DNA of 64,000 nucleotides from Nannocystis pusilla (GTDB lineage: Bacteria > Myxococcota_A > Polyangia > Nannocystales > Nannocystaceae), in the NCBI RefSeq assembly GCF_051105105.1, contig NZ_CP185339.1; one strand, written 5' to 3'. Below are positions 18,880 to 29,706 of this stretch, one piece after another (positions within the stretch are counted from its first letter, which is position 1; each line of letters begins with the position of its first letter). Made by a program: the position numbers and the translations under genes. Below the pieces are notes generated by a model, which saw nothing but the letters and a program-made list of their open reading frames with translations, was not told where the DNA came from and made no database searches.

Positions 18880-20013
18880 TCACTTCGGCTGCAGCTCGCG
18901 GAGCCGCTCCTCCAGCTCCGCCTTCAGCTCCGGCTCCGTCGTCTTGGCGATCTGCTGCTCGATCAGCTTGACCTGGACCACCCGCAGCGCGTCCTCGGCC
19001 GGCACGGCGATGTCGGGTTGCACGCCCACGCCCTCCCAGTTCGTCTTGGAGATCGGGTTTATCGCCCGGCCTGTCGGCACGAACGCCCTGAAGTGGTCGC
19101 CGAGGCGGACCATGTCGCCGGGGTTCGCCCCGCCCCACGTCACCTCGCCGACGATCGTCGCCCGCTTCAGGTTCTTCAGGTTGTACGCGAACTCCTCCGC
19201 CGCCGAGCCCGTGCGCGGGCTCGTCAGCACGTAGACCTCGCGGCCCACGTAGGACCTGCCCGGCACCGGCGCCGTCCAGAACTGGCGCGTCTCGTCGGCT
19301 GGCCGGAAGTACAGGTCGTTCAGGTGGACCCGCTCGTCGAACAGGTAGCTGCACAGGTACGCCACCATCTCCGGCGATCCGCCCCCGTTGCGGCGGAGGT
19401 CGATGATCAGCGCGTCGGTCTCCGCCAGGAACGCCATCGCCGCCGACGCCGCCTCGAAGCCGCGGCCGGGGAAGGCGAACCCCCGCACTTCCAGGTAGCC
19501 GATGTTGCCGGGCAGCCGCTCGACCTTCTCGAATCCCCCGTTCATGCGGCGCGAGAATTCCTCGTAGTGGGCCAGCTCCTCGGCCGACGGCTTCCCCTCG
19601 CCCTGCTGCGGCGGCAGCGTCTCCTTGCTGAAGCGGACGTGGAAGTGTGCGTCGCGCAGCACCTCGTTGATGTCGTTCGTCAGCGTCGTCGCCAGCGCGT
19701 GGCCCGTCGTGATCTTGATGTACTCGCCGCGCTTTCGGCGGGCGCGGATCGCCCTGGCCACCTCGTTCGCCTTGTCCGGGAACACGTACTTCGCCGTCAG
19801 CTCGCGCGCCAGCGCCTCGATCGCCGCGTCGCGCTCCGCCGCCGTGATCGGCCCGTCCGGCCCTCTGGGCGGCGGCGCCTTCGGCACGGCCATCTGCGGC
19901 CCGCCGGAGGTCGGCGGCGCCGCGGCGGGACTGGCGACCGCCGCCTTCGTGCAGCCGATCGTGTGCAACGTGGATAGCGCCAACCAACCGAGGATCACTG
20001 TCGACAATCGCAT
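18880..20013 (-). CDS. S41 family peptidase (C-terminal processing/tail-specific protease-like), lipoprotein
   Basis: Lipobox 'LHTIGC'. 'DLRRNGGGS' and 'YVLTSPRTGSAAEEFAYNLKN' match the S41/IRBP-like peptidase core. Confidence 0.8.
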   Translation of the reverse strand: MRLSTVILGWLALSTLHTIGCTKAAVASPAAAPPTSGGPQMAVPKAPPPRGPDGPITAAERDAAIEALARELTAKYVFPDKANEVARAIRARRKRGEYIKITTGHALATTLTNDINEVLRDAHFHVRFSKETLPPQQGEGKPSAEELAHYEEFSRRMNGGFEKVERLPGNIGYLEVRGFAFPGRGFEAASAAMAFLAETDALIIDLRRNGGGSPEMVAYLCSYLFDERVHLNDLYFRPADETRQFWTAPVPGRSYVGREVYVLTSPRTGSAAEEFAYNLKNLKRATIVGEVTWGGANPGDMVRLGDHFRAFVPTGRAINPISKTNWEGVGVQPDIAVPAEDALRVVQVKLIEQQIAKTTEPELKAELEERLRELQPK

Positions 20014-20034
20014 CTTCGCCTCACCTCTTTGTCT

Positions 20035-20733
20035 TCACTTCGCGCCGCGCGTCCGCGCCCGCGGCCGCCCCGGCTTGCCCCGCGCCGGCTTCGCCCGCGC
20101 CGGCCGTTTCGCCGCGCGTCCGGGCTCCGCCGCCGGCGCGACCACGCTCTTCAGCAGCAGCGCCGCCATGCGCCGGACCTCGACCTCGACCTTCGCCCGC
20201 TCGCCGAGCTCCGCCACGCTCAGGCTGTACGGCAGGAACGCATTGGTCGCCTTCACCAGCGTCGACGCCGTCGCCGCCGCGTCCTCGACCTCGAACCGCC
20301 CGCACGCCACGCCCGCCGCCAGCACCCCGGCCACCAGCGCCACCTCGCGCTCCATGTGAGCTGTCCTTCGGGCCATGTACCCCGGCCGCACCGCCTCGAA
20401 CAGCTCGTCGAGGCTCTGGCGATACGCGTTGACGCTGTCGAGCCGCCGCAGCACCCGCTCGATCAGCACCGCGCGCAGCACCTCGGCCGGATCGCCGCCC
20501 CCGCCGGCCAGCGCCGCCAGCCGCGCGTACGTCTGCGCCACCACCCGGTCGATCGACGACAGCCCGACCTCTTCTTTGCTCGGGAAGTACATGTAGATCG
20601 TCCGGCGGCTGACCCCCGCCTCGCCGGCGATGTCGTCCATCGTCACGCTGCGGAAGCCGCGAGTCGTCAGCAGCCGATCGGTGGCGTCGAGGATCGCCTC
20701 GCGCGTCTCGCCGTTGCCCCTGGGCCCGTTCAC
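20035..20733 (-). CDS. TetR/AcrR family transcriptional regulator
   Basis: N-terminal HTH 'ILDATDRLLTTRGFRSVTMDDIAGEAGVSRRTIYMYF'. The ORF tool extends to 20787, but that extension covers the operator palindromes, so a GTG start at ~20733 is likelier. A palindromic element lies in-frame at 20352-20381. Confidence 0.8.
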   Translation of the reverse strand: MNGPRGNGETREAILDATDRLLTTRGFRSVTMDDIAGEAGVSRRTIYMYFPSKEEVGLSSIDRVVAQTYARLAALAGGGGDPAEVLRAVLIERVLRRLDSVNAYRQSLDELFEAVRPGYMARRTAHMEREVALVAGVLAAGVACGRFEVEDAAATASTLVKATNAFLPYSLSVAELGERAKVEVEVRRMAALLLKSVVAPAAEPGRAAKRPARAKPARGKPGRPRARTRGAK

Positions 20734-20745
20734 CGTCGACACAGC

Positions 20746-20805
20746 ATTGCACACGGCGGCGACTTTGTGCAAGCCACCATTGCACACTCGGCGGAATTTG
20801 TGCAG
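20746..20805. promoter_or_regulatory. two near-identical 27-bp palindromic operators (ATTGCACAC-N9-TTTGTGCAA), likely TetR binding sites
   Basis: ATTGCACACGGCGGCGACTTTGTGCAA (20746-20772) and ATTGCACACTCGGCGGAATTTGTGCAG (20779-20805), directly upstream of the TetR start. Confidence 0.5.
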
Positions 20806-21343
20806 CGAACTGTCACGACCCCGGCCTCATCGTCGCCCTGCCATCGGCCTCGATCGGCGCGCCACCGGCCGCCCGCCGCTTGCTCCGAACCCGCGCGGGC
20901 GAGATCACCGCGGCGATACGGTCGACGCCGCGCGATTTCGTCGCCATCCACACTTTGCGCGCGGAACGAATGGGTCGGATCGATGCCACGCTCGGCGAGC
21001 GGGAGGCCACCGGCGCTGACGCCCCGCTCGAACGGCGCGATCGAGCAGAACGTCGAGCAGGCGCAGGCCCTGGCGTGCGCGGTCGCGGCGGCCCCCGTGC
21101 TGCTGGCCGAAGTCTCGCTCGACGTGGTCTACCTCCGCGTTCGCCCGGCGGGCCGGCCGAGGCCGAGCTCGACGCGCTCAAACGAAGAGGTGCTGTTGCG
21201 CGTGCAGGCGTCGGGTTTCGCCGCGCCCTCGACCATCCGCCTCCGCGGCCGCGTCGGAGCGCGCATCGCGGCCTGCGGACGACTTCGTCGCGCTACAAGT
21301 ACCGCCGTCGATGCAGTATGACTGACATCGTCGGATACCGCCG

Positions 21344-22442
21344 ATGCGCCTGCGCCTCTCATCTGGCCTCGTCCGCGTCATCGGGGTGGTCGCCGGTGTG
21401 GTCGCGCTGGGTATGACCGTCGCACCTGAAGTCTCGGCCGCTCCCGCCCCGCCGGCTGCGCCTGGGACGCCGCCCAAGAACATCCGGGCCGCGCTCTCCG
21501 ACCTCGCCCTCGAGCCGGACGGCGGCGGTCGTCTGCGCTACCGCGGCGACGGCTTCACCGCGATCATCCATCCCGACGGCGCCTTCGAGTTCCGCGATCA
21601 CGGCGGGAGCGCCGAGCTCAATCTCTTCGGCCTCGACATGTTTCGCCGCCGCTTCCGCGAGCCCGAACCCGAGCGCCACCCGCCGATCTGGACCGGCGTC
21701 CGCGAGGCGCTGTTCTTCCCCCAGGGGCGGTTGCCGATCGCGGCGGGCTTCATCGCCCGCTTCGGCGGCCTGACCGACGGCCCGCGCAAGGACCGGCACA
21801 CGAGCGCGAAGCGACACTTCCTGGCTGCGACCGAGCGCCTGCGCACCCACCTGGCCAATCGCGCGTACCGGGAGACCTTGCAGCGAGAGCTCGCCGAGCT
21901 GGGGCCTCACCTCGTCGAGCTCTGGCGCGACGAGACGCTGGCGCTGGCCGAGCGCAAGCGGCAGATCTTCGAACGCTGGGCCGATTGCGAGGACTCGTCG
22001 ACGCGTGCCCGCAGCGATCGCGAACGTCCTTCGGCACGCGTTCGCCGACGCGGCCCGCGCCAAGATCGAGGCGTTCGTCCGCCAGATCGCGCCGCGAGGC
22101 TCGCAACAGGCATATACCCGGGCCGAGCTCGCTCACCTCAATCGCGGCCGCACCGGCGAGTCCCGCTTCCGTCCTTATGACGTTTCCAGACCGCCGCAGG
22201 AGCTCGCAAACTTCGAGGCAGTCCCCGACATCGACACGCCGCTGCTCCCGCCACAGTCGAACCCGACCGCGGCAGCCGCTCCCGTGCTGCCGGAGCCCCC
22301 GCCACGCACGAACGTGCCGCCCGCTCCGCCGCGCGTGAGCCCACCTCCCGACATCGGCCGGCCCTTCACTGCACCCGAACGAAACGTGCCCGGACGGAAG
22401 GCCAACCCGTTGCCCCTCTGCTTGCTCACCCGCAGCTGTTAG
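21344..22442 (+). CDS. secreted hypothetical protein, frameshifted near 22000
   Basis: Signal peptide 'LVRVIGVVAGVVALGMTVAPEVSAAPAP'. ORF 21344..22180 continues as ORF 22005..22442 in another frame, with a Pro-rich C-terminus. Confidence 0.4.
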
Positions 22443-22700
22443 GCGGTGAGAGGCTTCAACTTGGAAATCAACTCAGCCCCTCGCAGAGGGGTCCCCGAAT
22501 CACCGCCTCCGCGTTCTCGGGGTCGTTCATGCCGAGGCGGCGGACGACGTACAATACCCGGTCTTGCGGGCGGCCGCGCCCGAGTCCTTCGTCGCCCGGC
22601 GCGACACCTCTTACGACCTCGCCGTCATCGGCGACGACTTGCGATTCAGTACGAGGCGTCGTGCCATCGCCGAAGACGGCAAAGAGTGGACGGCCCGCGA

Positions 22701-23492
22701 TCAGGGTCGGCGGCCCCACACGCTGATCAGGGGCGAGTTGACGGCGACGAGGTCGGGGTCGGCGAGCAGGGCGCAGTACTCGTCGATTTCGGCCGCCGTG
22801 AACGAGCCGGAGGCGACCGCCTGGTTGCGTAAGGCTCGCACGGTCGCAAGCCTGAGGGCGACCTGCGGGCCGGGTCGCAGCAAGTGTGCGGTCTCCTCGG
22901 CGCCGACGTCGACCGCGCCGAGCCCGAGCAGCAGGCTCGGCAGGTGGGCGCCGAAGGTCATCCGCACGCCGATCGCCGCGAGCATGGCGAGGTATCGCGC
23001 CTCCGCGCGGTCGAAGGCGGCGGCGCCGCTCCAGCCGGGAACGCCGGAGCCCGCGCGGCCGGTGGTCTCCTCGAACAGGAAGGCGCCGCCGGGCCGCAGG
23101 GCGGCGAACATCCGCTGCAGGACGGCCGCCGGGTCGCGCATGTGGATCAGAAGGACGCGGCAATGGACGAGGTCGTAGCTGTCGGTCTCGAGCGGGTCGA
23201 CGGCGATGTCGTGCCGGCGCACCTCGACGTTGTCGGCCTTCAGGTCGGCGAGGAAGCGCGGGTCGATGTCGGTGGCGACGACCTTGCCGCCCGGACCGAC
23301 CTGTCCCGAGAGCCATCTGGCGGCGCCGCCGGCGCCGGCGCCGACTTCGAGGCAGCGCTGTCCGGGTCCGACCCCGAGGTCCTGGAGGTGCCGCCGCGTC
23401 TTGGCGTCCCAGTCGGCCTCGATGGTCCGCAGGCGGGCGAGCTCGGAGTCGTGGGCGGCGTCTGCGAGGGCGTAGTTGTTCGTGTCGGTCAT
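22701..23492 (-). CDS. class I SAM-dependent methyltransferase
   Basis: Start 'MTDTNNYALADAAHD'. Motif I 'LEVGAGAGGAARWL', then 'VVATDIDPRFL' and 'DLVHCRVLLIHM'. Confidence 0.7.
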   Translation of the reverse strand: MTDTNNYALADAAHDSELARLRTIEADWDAKTRRHLQDLGVGPGQRCLEVGAGAGGAARWLSGQVGPGGKVVATDIDPRFLADLKADNVEVRRHDIAVDPLETDSYDLVHCRVLLIHMRDPAAVLQRMFAALRPGGAFLFEETTGRAGSGVPGWSGAAAFDRAEARYLAMLAAIGVRMTFGAHLPSLLLGLGAVDVGAEETAHLLRPGPQVALRLATVRALRNQAVASGSFTAAEIDEYCALLADPDLVAVNSPLISVWGRRP

Positions 23493-23787
23493 GGCTCGCT
23501 CGAGTGTGGAAGGCAGGCGGGAGGCGCAGGTGGACGCGTGCGACCGGGAGCCGGGGGAGCTCAGCGTGTGCCTCGCGGGGGCGATCGCCAATCCGTATGT
23601 GATGTGGTCGGCGGCCGGGCCGCCGGCTGCGCCGCGATCGAGCGCCCGCACGACGCTATGTACGTAGGAGCCGGTGGCGGACGTGTGGCGCTGCCCGGAG
23701 GCGCTCGGGGCGGCAGTTGCAGGGGCCGTCGGAATGAGCAGCCCCGGTCCGAGGCGATGCCGCGAGAGCCGCCCCGCGGACATCCTC

Positions 23788-24894
23788 TCACTCGCAGGCG
23801 ACGCGCACGTCGACGACCTCGCCGGTGCGCGGCTGGCCGGCGGTGCGGTAGACGAAGCTGGCGCGCTCGAGGCCGCAGTTGCCGCGCGCGTCGCACTCGC
23901 GGCGCGTGGTGAAGCCGAGGTCGATCTCGACGATCTCGAAGCTCGCGAGCGGCAGCATCTCCCAGCCGCTCGAGCGACGGTCGGCGTCGTGGTCGGCCCA
24001 CAGCATCAGCTCGCCCCAGCGCGCGTCCGCGGCGGTGATCTTGCCGTCGTGGTCGCTGTCGAGCTCGGCGAGGGCCTGGAAGCCGTTATGCACACCTGAC
24101 CCGAAGGACAGGCGGGTGGCGGCGCCGAACAGCTCCTGGCCGCCGTCGATGCTGCCGTTGCCGTCGCGGTCGAGCGCGAGCCACGGGGTGGCGGCGGTCG
24201 GCCAATCGGCGCGGGCGCAGCTGCCGGCGCCGCCGTGGATGTCGAAGTCCGCCGCCGAGGCGGAGGTCGGGGCGAACTCGATGGCGTCGCCGAAGCTCAG
24301 CACCAGCGGGGTGTTGCAGTCCTCCCAGTTCCACACGTGGCGGCCGGTCTCCTCGTCGACCATGCAGCCCATGTCGATGTCGAACTGTTCCTCGCCGAAG
24401 CCGCACGACTGCCTGTCGCCCGGCTTGCACTCGTCGGCCTCGCCGCACTCGCCCCAGCGCGTCTCGCCGGTGTCGGGGGTCGCCTCGTAAGCGACGCAGT
24501 GCTGGGTGCCGCCGTCACAGGCGCGCGAGTCGCCCTCCTTGGCGCACGTCTCCGTCAGACAGGCGGTCCAGATGTGGCTGTACTGATCGAGCGACCACAC
24601 GCAGAACTCGAGGCCGGCGACGCCGCCGATCTGACACTCGCTGGAAAGCTGGGACTGGTCGCAAATCTCGCCCGCGCGCCCGAAGTCCGCCTTGGGCTCG
24701 GGCTCGGGCTCGCCTTCGTCCTCGCTCTTGACCTCGCCCTCGCTGTCGCCCTCGCCTTCTTCGGCGCCCTCGCTGTCGCCCTCGCCGGCCGTGGAATCGC
24801 CGTCGTTCGCGTGGTGGCCCTCGACCTTCGAGTCACAGGCCGGCAGCGCGAGGAAGAGCGAGGACAAGGTGAGGAGGCGAGTCGTGGTCGTCAT
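23788..24894 (-). CDS. acidic cysteine-rich lipoprotein with EF-hand-like Ca-binding loops
   Basis: Lipobox 'LALPAC', a Glu/Asp-rich region, and DxDxDG-type loops 'DRDGNGSIDG' and 'DSDHDGKITAAD'. One in-frame palindromic element ('RLSFGSGV'). Confidence 0.55.
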   Translation of the reverse strand: MTTTTRLLTLSSLFLALPACDSKVEGHHANDGDSTAGEGDSEGAEEGEGDSEGEVKSEDEGEPEPEPKADFGRAGEICDQSQLSSECQIGGVAGLEFCVWSLDQYSHIWTACLTETCAKEGDSRACDGGTQHCVAYEATPDTGETRWGECGEADECKPGDRQSCGFGEEQFDIDMGCMVDEETGRHVWNWEDCNTPLVLSFGDAIEFAPTSASAADFDIHGGAGSCARADWPTAATPWLALDRDGNGSIDGGQELFGAATRLSFGSGVHNGFQALAELDSDHDGKITAADARWGELMLWADHDADRRSSGWEMLPLASFEIVEIDLGFTTRRECDARGNCGLERASFVYRTAGQPRTGEVVDVRVACE

Positions 24895-25330
24895 GCGGAT
24901 GGGGCCTTAGCAGGGGCCGTGCCAAGCCGCCCGGAGGGCGTGCAGGCGACGTGGACGCCGTTTGCAGCGCGGGTCGGTGAAGCCCCTGCGGCGAGGCTGG
25001 AGCCCACCGGCGTCCTGGTCTGACGGGAGTGTCGTGCGGTCTCGCCGGGGCGAGCCGCGCCGCGTCGGCCAGCGGCCCACGGGCGTCGCCCGCCAGCGCG
25101 GCCGAGCGGATCGAACCGTGGGCGCACAACTTCGAGGGGCGCCCAGCCAAGGCGAGCGGGCACCTGCGCTGCCGACTTCGGGATCTGCGCCCCCGCCGCG
25201 GACGGAGAGTCAGGCCCTGGCTGAGAGGGCGCAGGCGCCAGCGAGCCCCTCGCTCAGGTGCGAGCGCGCCCTGCCCCGTATTAAAGCGCGGGCGCCGGAG
25301 ACCCCTGCAGCCGCGCTCAGCCTCGCCTTC

Positions 25331-26554
25331 ATGCCCGAGCCCACCGCCTCCTCGCGTCACCTGACCACGCTCCTCGTGCTCGCCTACCTCGGCTTTATCA
25401 GCCTCGGGCTGCCCGACGCGGTGCTCGGAGTGGCCTGGCCCTCGCTGCGCGCCGCCTTCTCGCTGCCCCAGGCGGCACTCGGCGCGCCGCTGGCCGCTCT
25501 CGCGGTCTCGTACTTCCTCTCGGGGCTGGCGGCCGGCAGCCTCATGCGTCGCGTGGGGATCGGCGCGCTCCTGGCAGGCAGCACCGCGATCGTCACGCTG
25601 GCGGTCGCGGGGTTCGCTTCGGCGCCGAACCTCGGCGTCTTCCTCGCCGCGGCGTGCATCGGGGGCTTCGGCTCCGGCGCCATCGATGCCGCGCTCAACG
25701 CCTACGTCGCGCACAACTTCGGCGCGCGCCACATGACCTGGCTTCATGCGGCGTACAGCCTGGGCGCGGCGCTCGGGCCTGCCCTCATGACGGCAGTCCT
25801 CGCGCGCGAGGCGGGGTGGCGCACGGGATATGCGGTCCTCGCCGGAGCGCTCGGCGTGCTCGCGGTCGCCTTCGTCCTCACCCGCCGGCGCTGGGACGAA
25901 GGCGCCGCTTCCACTGCCCCGGACGCCGCGACCTCGGCCGCGAGCGCCGAGCGAGACGCCGGGCCCCACGTGCTGCGCCGCCCTCGCATGTGGCTGCAGC
26001 TCGGGTTCTTCTTCCTGTACGCCGGCCTCGAGATGTCCGCGGGTCAATGGGCCTTCACCGTGCTCACCGAGGCGCGGAGCCTCGACGAACTGCAGGCCGG
26101 TACCCGGGTCAGCCTCTACTGGGCGAGCCTGTTGGCCGGCCGCATCGTCCTCGGCTTCGTCGTCGAACGGGTGGGCCCGGTGCTCCTCGTGCGCCTCGCC
26201 ACCGCGCTCGCCGTGCTCGGCGCGGCCGTGTTCGCCCTCCCCGGGCTGCCGCCGGGGGTGGCCTTCGCCGGCCTCGCGCTCCTCGGCTTCGCCCTGGCCC
26301 CCATGTACCCGGTCCTGATGGCCGAGACGCCGCGCCGCCTGGGGTCGCACGCCGCCCACGCCGTGGGCTTCCAGGTGAGCGCCGCGACCGCGGGCATCGC
26401 CGTCATGCCCAGCCTCGCCGGTGTGCTCGGCCAACGCCTCGGCCTCGGCGCGATCCCGTGGTTTTGGGTGGGCACCGCCGTGGCGCTCGCGCTCCTGCAC
26501 GAGACGCTGGTGGCGACCGTGGACCGGCCAGGTCACCCTCGCTCATCGCCTTGA
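25331..26554 (+). CDS. MFS transporter
   Basis: ~12 predicted TM helices from the Met at 25331 ('MPEPTASSRHLTTLLVLAYLGF...'). The ORF tool start at 24962 is an upstream in-frame extension. Confidence 0.8.
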   Translation: MPEPTASSRHLTTLLVLAYLGFISLGLPDAVLGVAWPSLRAAFSLPQAALGAPLAALAVSYFLSGLAAGSLMRRVGIGALLAGSTAIVTLAVAGFASAPNLGVFLAAACIGGFGSGAIDAALNAYVAHNFGARHMTWLHAAYSLGAALGPALMTAVLAREAGWRTGYAVLAGALGVLAVAFVLTRRRWDEGAASTAPDAATSAASAERDAGPHVLRRPRMWLQLGFFFLYAGLEMSAGQWAFTVLTEARSLDELQAGTRVSLYWASLLAGRIVLGFVVERVGPVLLVRLATALAVLGAAVFALPGLPPGVAFAGLALLGFALAPMYPVLMAETPRRLGSHAAHAVGFQVSAATAGIAVMPSLAGVLGQRLGLGAIPWFWVGTAVALALLHETLVATVDRPGHPRSSP

Positions 26555-26569
26555 CGGCGACCGCGAGGC

Positions 26570-29140
26570 TCACGGCTCGGCGCCGTGCTCCGTGCATCGG
26601 CGTGCCTGTTCGCTCGCCGCGGCGCGCCTGCGCCTCGCTCCCGGCCGCGTCACCGCCTCGAACAGCAGGACGCAGAGCGGGCCGAGCAGCGCCCACGCGA
26701 ACATCGACGCGCGCGGGGGCGTCTCGAAGCGGAACAGCCCGCGCAAGCCGGGTATCGTCAACGCCGCGACGAGGAGGACCAGGGTGCCGAACACGACCCA
26801 CCGAAGCGCGCGGTTCGGGGTTCGCAGGCTCGCCAGCCATGAGGTGGACTGCGCGCGGTGGGTCAAGATGAGGCCGAGGTCGGCGAGGATCAGCGTCGCA
26901 AACATCACGCTTTGGGCCGCCGGGAGCGACAGGCCGAAGCGGACGTGCCCGAGGTAGAGCACCGCGAGGCAGGCCGCCAGCACCGTCGCCCCCTGCGCGA
27001 GGCTGGCGAGCAGCATGCCCCGATCGAGCAGCGGCGCCTCGGCCGGTCGAGGCGGCCGCCGCATCACGTCGGGCTCCGCCGGCTCGGCCTCGAACACGAT
27101 CGAGCAGGCCGGGTCGATGACGAGCTCGAGGAACACGACATGCACCGGGTGGAACACCATCGGCAGCCCGAACAGCAGCGGCACCAGGGCGAGGCCGGCG
27201 ATCGGCACGTGGACGGCGACGATGAAGCCGAGCGCCTTGCGGAGGTTGGCGAAGATCCGCCGGCCCTCGGCGACCGCCGCGACCAGATCCGTGAAGTCGT
27301 CGCGGGTGAGGACGATCGCCGCCGCCTCGCGGGCGACGTCGGTTCCGCGTCCGCCCATGGCCACCCCGATCTGCGCCGCCTTGAGCGCAGGGGCGTCGTT
27401 GACCCCGTCGCCGGTCATCGCCACCGTCTCGCCGGCCGCCTGCAGGGCGCGCACGATCCGGAGCTTCTGCGCGGGCAGCACGCGAGCGCACACCTCGACG
27501 CCGTGCAGGCGGGCGATCAGGGCGGCATCGTCGAGCTCGGCCACCTCGCGGCCGGTGACCATCCGCTGGCTCGAGAGACCTACCTTAGCGGCGATCGCCT
27601 GCGCGGTGCCGGGGGCGTCGCCGGTCATCATGAGGACTCGCAGGCCAGCCCCGCGGCAGCGGGCGAGCGCGGCCGGGACCTCGGCGCGCGGCGGGTCATG
27701 CAAGCCGAGCAGGCCGAGCCAGGTGAACGCGTACTCGGTCAGCGATTGGCGTGGCTCGCCGTCATAGTCGGCCCGCGCGACGGCGAGGACCCGCTGGCCC
27801 GCCGAGGTCATGGCCGCCACCACGGCACTTACTTCGGCCCGCTCGGCCTCGCCGAGGTCGCACAGCTCCGCGATCGCCTCCGGCGCGCCCTTGGCGGCCA
27901 CGACCGCTCCGTCAGGTCTACGCCACGCCTGCGCGACCGCCAGCAGCGTCGGCGTCAACGGGTACTCGCGCTCGAGCCGCCAGCGGCCGTGGAGCAGCGC
28001 GTCGGCGCCGACGCGCTCGTGGCAGAACCGCCGGCAAGCGGCGTCCATCGGATCGATCGCCTCGCGTTGGCTGGCGAGCGCCGCGTACTCGGCCAGCGGG
28101 CGCAGCGAGCCGGGGACCGGCTGGTTCCGCTCGGCCTGCCAGACCTCCTGGCCGGCCCGGAGTTCGATCAGCGTCATGCGATTGACGGTCAGCGTCCCGG
28201 TCTTGTCGACGCACAGCGTCGTGGCCGCACCGAGGCTCTCGAGCGCGGGGATCCGCCGGGTCAGCACGTTGCGCTGCGACATGCGCCACGCCCCCAGCGC
28301 GAGGAAGACGGTCAGGACCAGCGGGAACTCCTCGGGCAGGAGCGAAATGGCGAGCGTGATCCCGGCCAGAAGGCCCGGTAACCACTCGCCGCGGGCGAAG
28401 CCGTAGAACAGCGCGATGAACCCGCAACACAGGCCGCCGAGCACCCCGAAGATGCGCACGAGTCGCCCGATCTCCTGTTGCACGCGCGAGGTCCCGCCGG
28501 ACAGATCGGCGAGCGAGGCGCCGATCTTGCCGATCTCGCTGCGGGCCCCGGTCGCGGTGATCCTGGCGAGTCCGTGGCCCTTGACCACGAGCGAACCGGC
28601 GAACACCAGGGTGTCCGCTGCGTGCGCCCGAACCTCCGCACCGGAGCGCTTGTCGACCGGCACCGATTCGCCGCTGAGGAGCGACTCGTCGATCGCCAGC
28701 GAGGTCGCCTCCAGCAAGACGCCGTCGGCCGGCACCCGGTCGCCCTCGTGCAACAGGGCGAGGTCGCCGCGCACGACCTCGCCGCCGGCGATCCGGCGAG
28801 CCACGCCGCCGCGCAGCACCAGCGCGCGCGGGCTCGTCATGTCCCGCAGCGCCGCGACCGCGCGCTCGGTGCGGTTCGTCTGGACGATCGTGATGGCGAG
28901 CACCACCCCGACACAGCCGAGCAGGATGAGGCTCTCGTGCAGATCGCCGAGCAGGAAGTAGATCGCGCTGCACGCGAGCAGCAGCACGAACATCGGCTCG
29001 CGCAGCGCCTCGCCGACGAGTGCCAGCAGGCCGCGCTGTTGTTCGCGGGCGAGGATGTTGGGTCCGTCGACGGCGAGGCGGCGCGCGGCCTCGGCCTCGT
29101 CGAGCCCGCTCGGCTGCTGCGTCCCTTGAGAGGTGGTCAT
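26570..29140 (-). CDS. cation-transporting P-type ATPase (Ca2+/Mg2+-type, P2/P3-like)
   Basis: 'DKTGTLT' phosphorylation site, 'TGES', 'MTGDGVNDAPALK', 'GTD'. 856 aa. Confidence 0.9.
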   Translation of the reverse strand: MTTSQGTQQPSGLDEAEAARRLAVDGPNILAREQQRGLLALVGEALREPMFVLLLACSAIYFLLGDLHESLILLGCVGVVLAITIVQTNRTERAVAALRDMTSPRALVLRGGVARRIAGGEVVRGDLALLHEGDRVPADGVLLEATSLAIDESLLSGESVPVDKRSGAEVRAHAADTLVFAGSLVVKGHGLARITATGARSEIGKIGASLADLSGGTSRVQQEIGRLVRIFGVLGGLCCGFIALFYGFARGEWLPGLLAGITLAISLLPEEFPLVLTVFLALGAWRMSQRNVLTRRIPALESLGAATTLCVDKTGTLTVNRMTLIELRAGQEVWQAERNQPVPGSLRPLAEYAALASQREAIDPMDAACRRFCHERVGADALLHGRWRLEREYPLTPTLLAVAQAWRRPDGAVVAAKGAPEAIAELCDLGEAERAEVSAVVAAMTSAGQRVLAVARADYDGEPRQSLTEYAFTWLGLLGLHDPPRAEVPAALARCRGAGLRVLMMTGDAPGTAQAIAAKVGLSSQRMVTGREVAELDDAALIARLHGVEVCARVLPAQKLRIVRALQAAGETVAMTGDGVNDAPALKAAQIGVAMGGRGTDVAREAAAIVLTRDDFTDLVAAVAEGRRIFANLRKALGFIVAVHVPIAGLALVPLLFGLPMVFHPVHVVFLELVIDPACSIVFEAEPAEPDVMRRPPRPAEAPLLDRGMLLASLAQGATVLAACLAVLYLGHVRFGLSLPAAQSVMFATLILADLGLILTHRAQSTSWLASLRTPNRALRWVVFGTLVLLVAALTIPGLRGLFRFETPPRASMFAWALLGPLCVLLFEAVTRPGARRRRAAASEQARRCTEHGAEP

Positions 29141-29706
29141 GGTCCGTTCGCCCGTACCGAAAGCTTGATGCGGCTTCGCTGCGCGAGAGGCCGCGAGAGC
29201 GCTGTTCGCTGCCGTCGTGGCGGCCGCGTCGGTGGCGGGGCGAGTACGGCGGCCGGCCGCCGCCGTACTCGCTGGACAGCAAGGGGCATGCCACGGCTGG
29301 GCGCTCGTCGTCCCCGGGGTTTCATCGTGGGCCCCGAGCGAAGCGCTTGCGCCCTGGCGCAGAAGATTCGCGCGACGCTCCGTCGTGCGCCGTCAGCCGT
29401 GGCGCGTCTCGCTCTTCGTCGTCCCTCGCCGTCCGGCGGCCCCGGCGGTCGAGCCGCCGACGTGCCGTGCCTGGGCGTGACGAACGCCCCGATCCTGCCG
29501 AGCGCTGGGCTGCTCATCGCCCCGACCTCGACTGCGTCCCCACCCCGAACCGTTCGCGCTCCCGTGAGCCCGGGCCGGAGCTCGCCCCCGCTGCAGTTCT
29601 TGCACCTGCACGCACGCGATTCGCTCGCTCTGCCGAAGATCGGCGCCGCAGCGACTCCTGATACCGCCACGAGCGTGGCACGACGCTTGCTGACGCTCGA
29701 GATGTC

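Noticed and set aside
23279-23305. Palindrome-like ACCTGTCCCGAGAGCCATCTGG inside the methyltransferase gene
   Set aside because: It encodes part of the conserved SAM-binding region (ARWLSGQVGPGGKV) and has weak arm symmetry, so it is probably native sequence rather than an inserted element.
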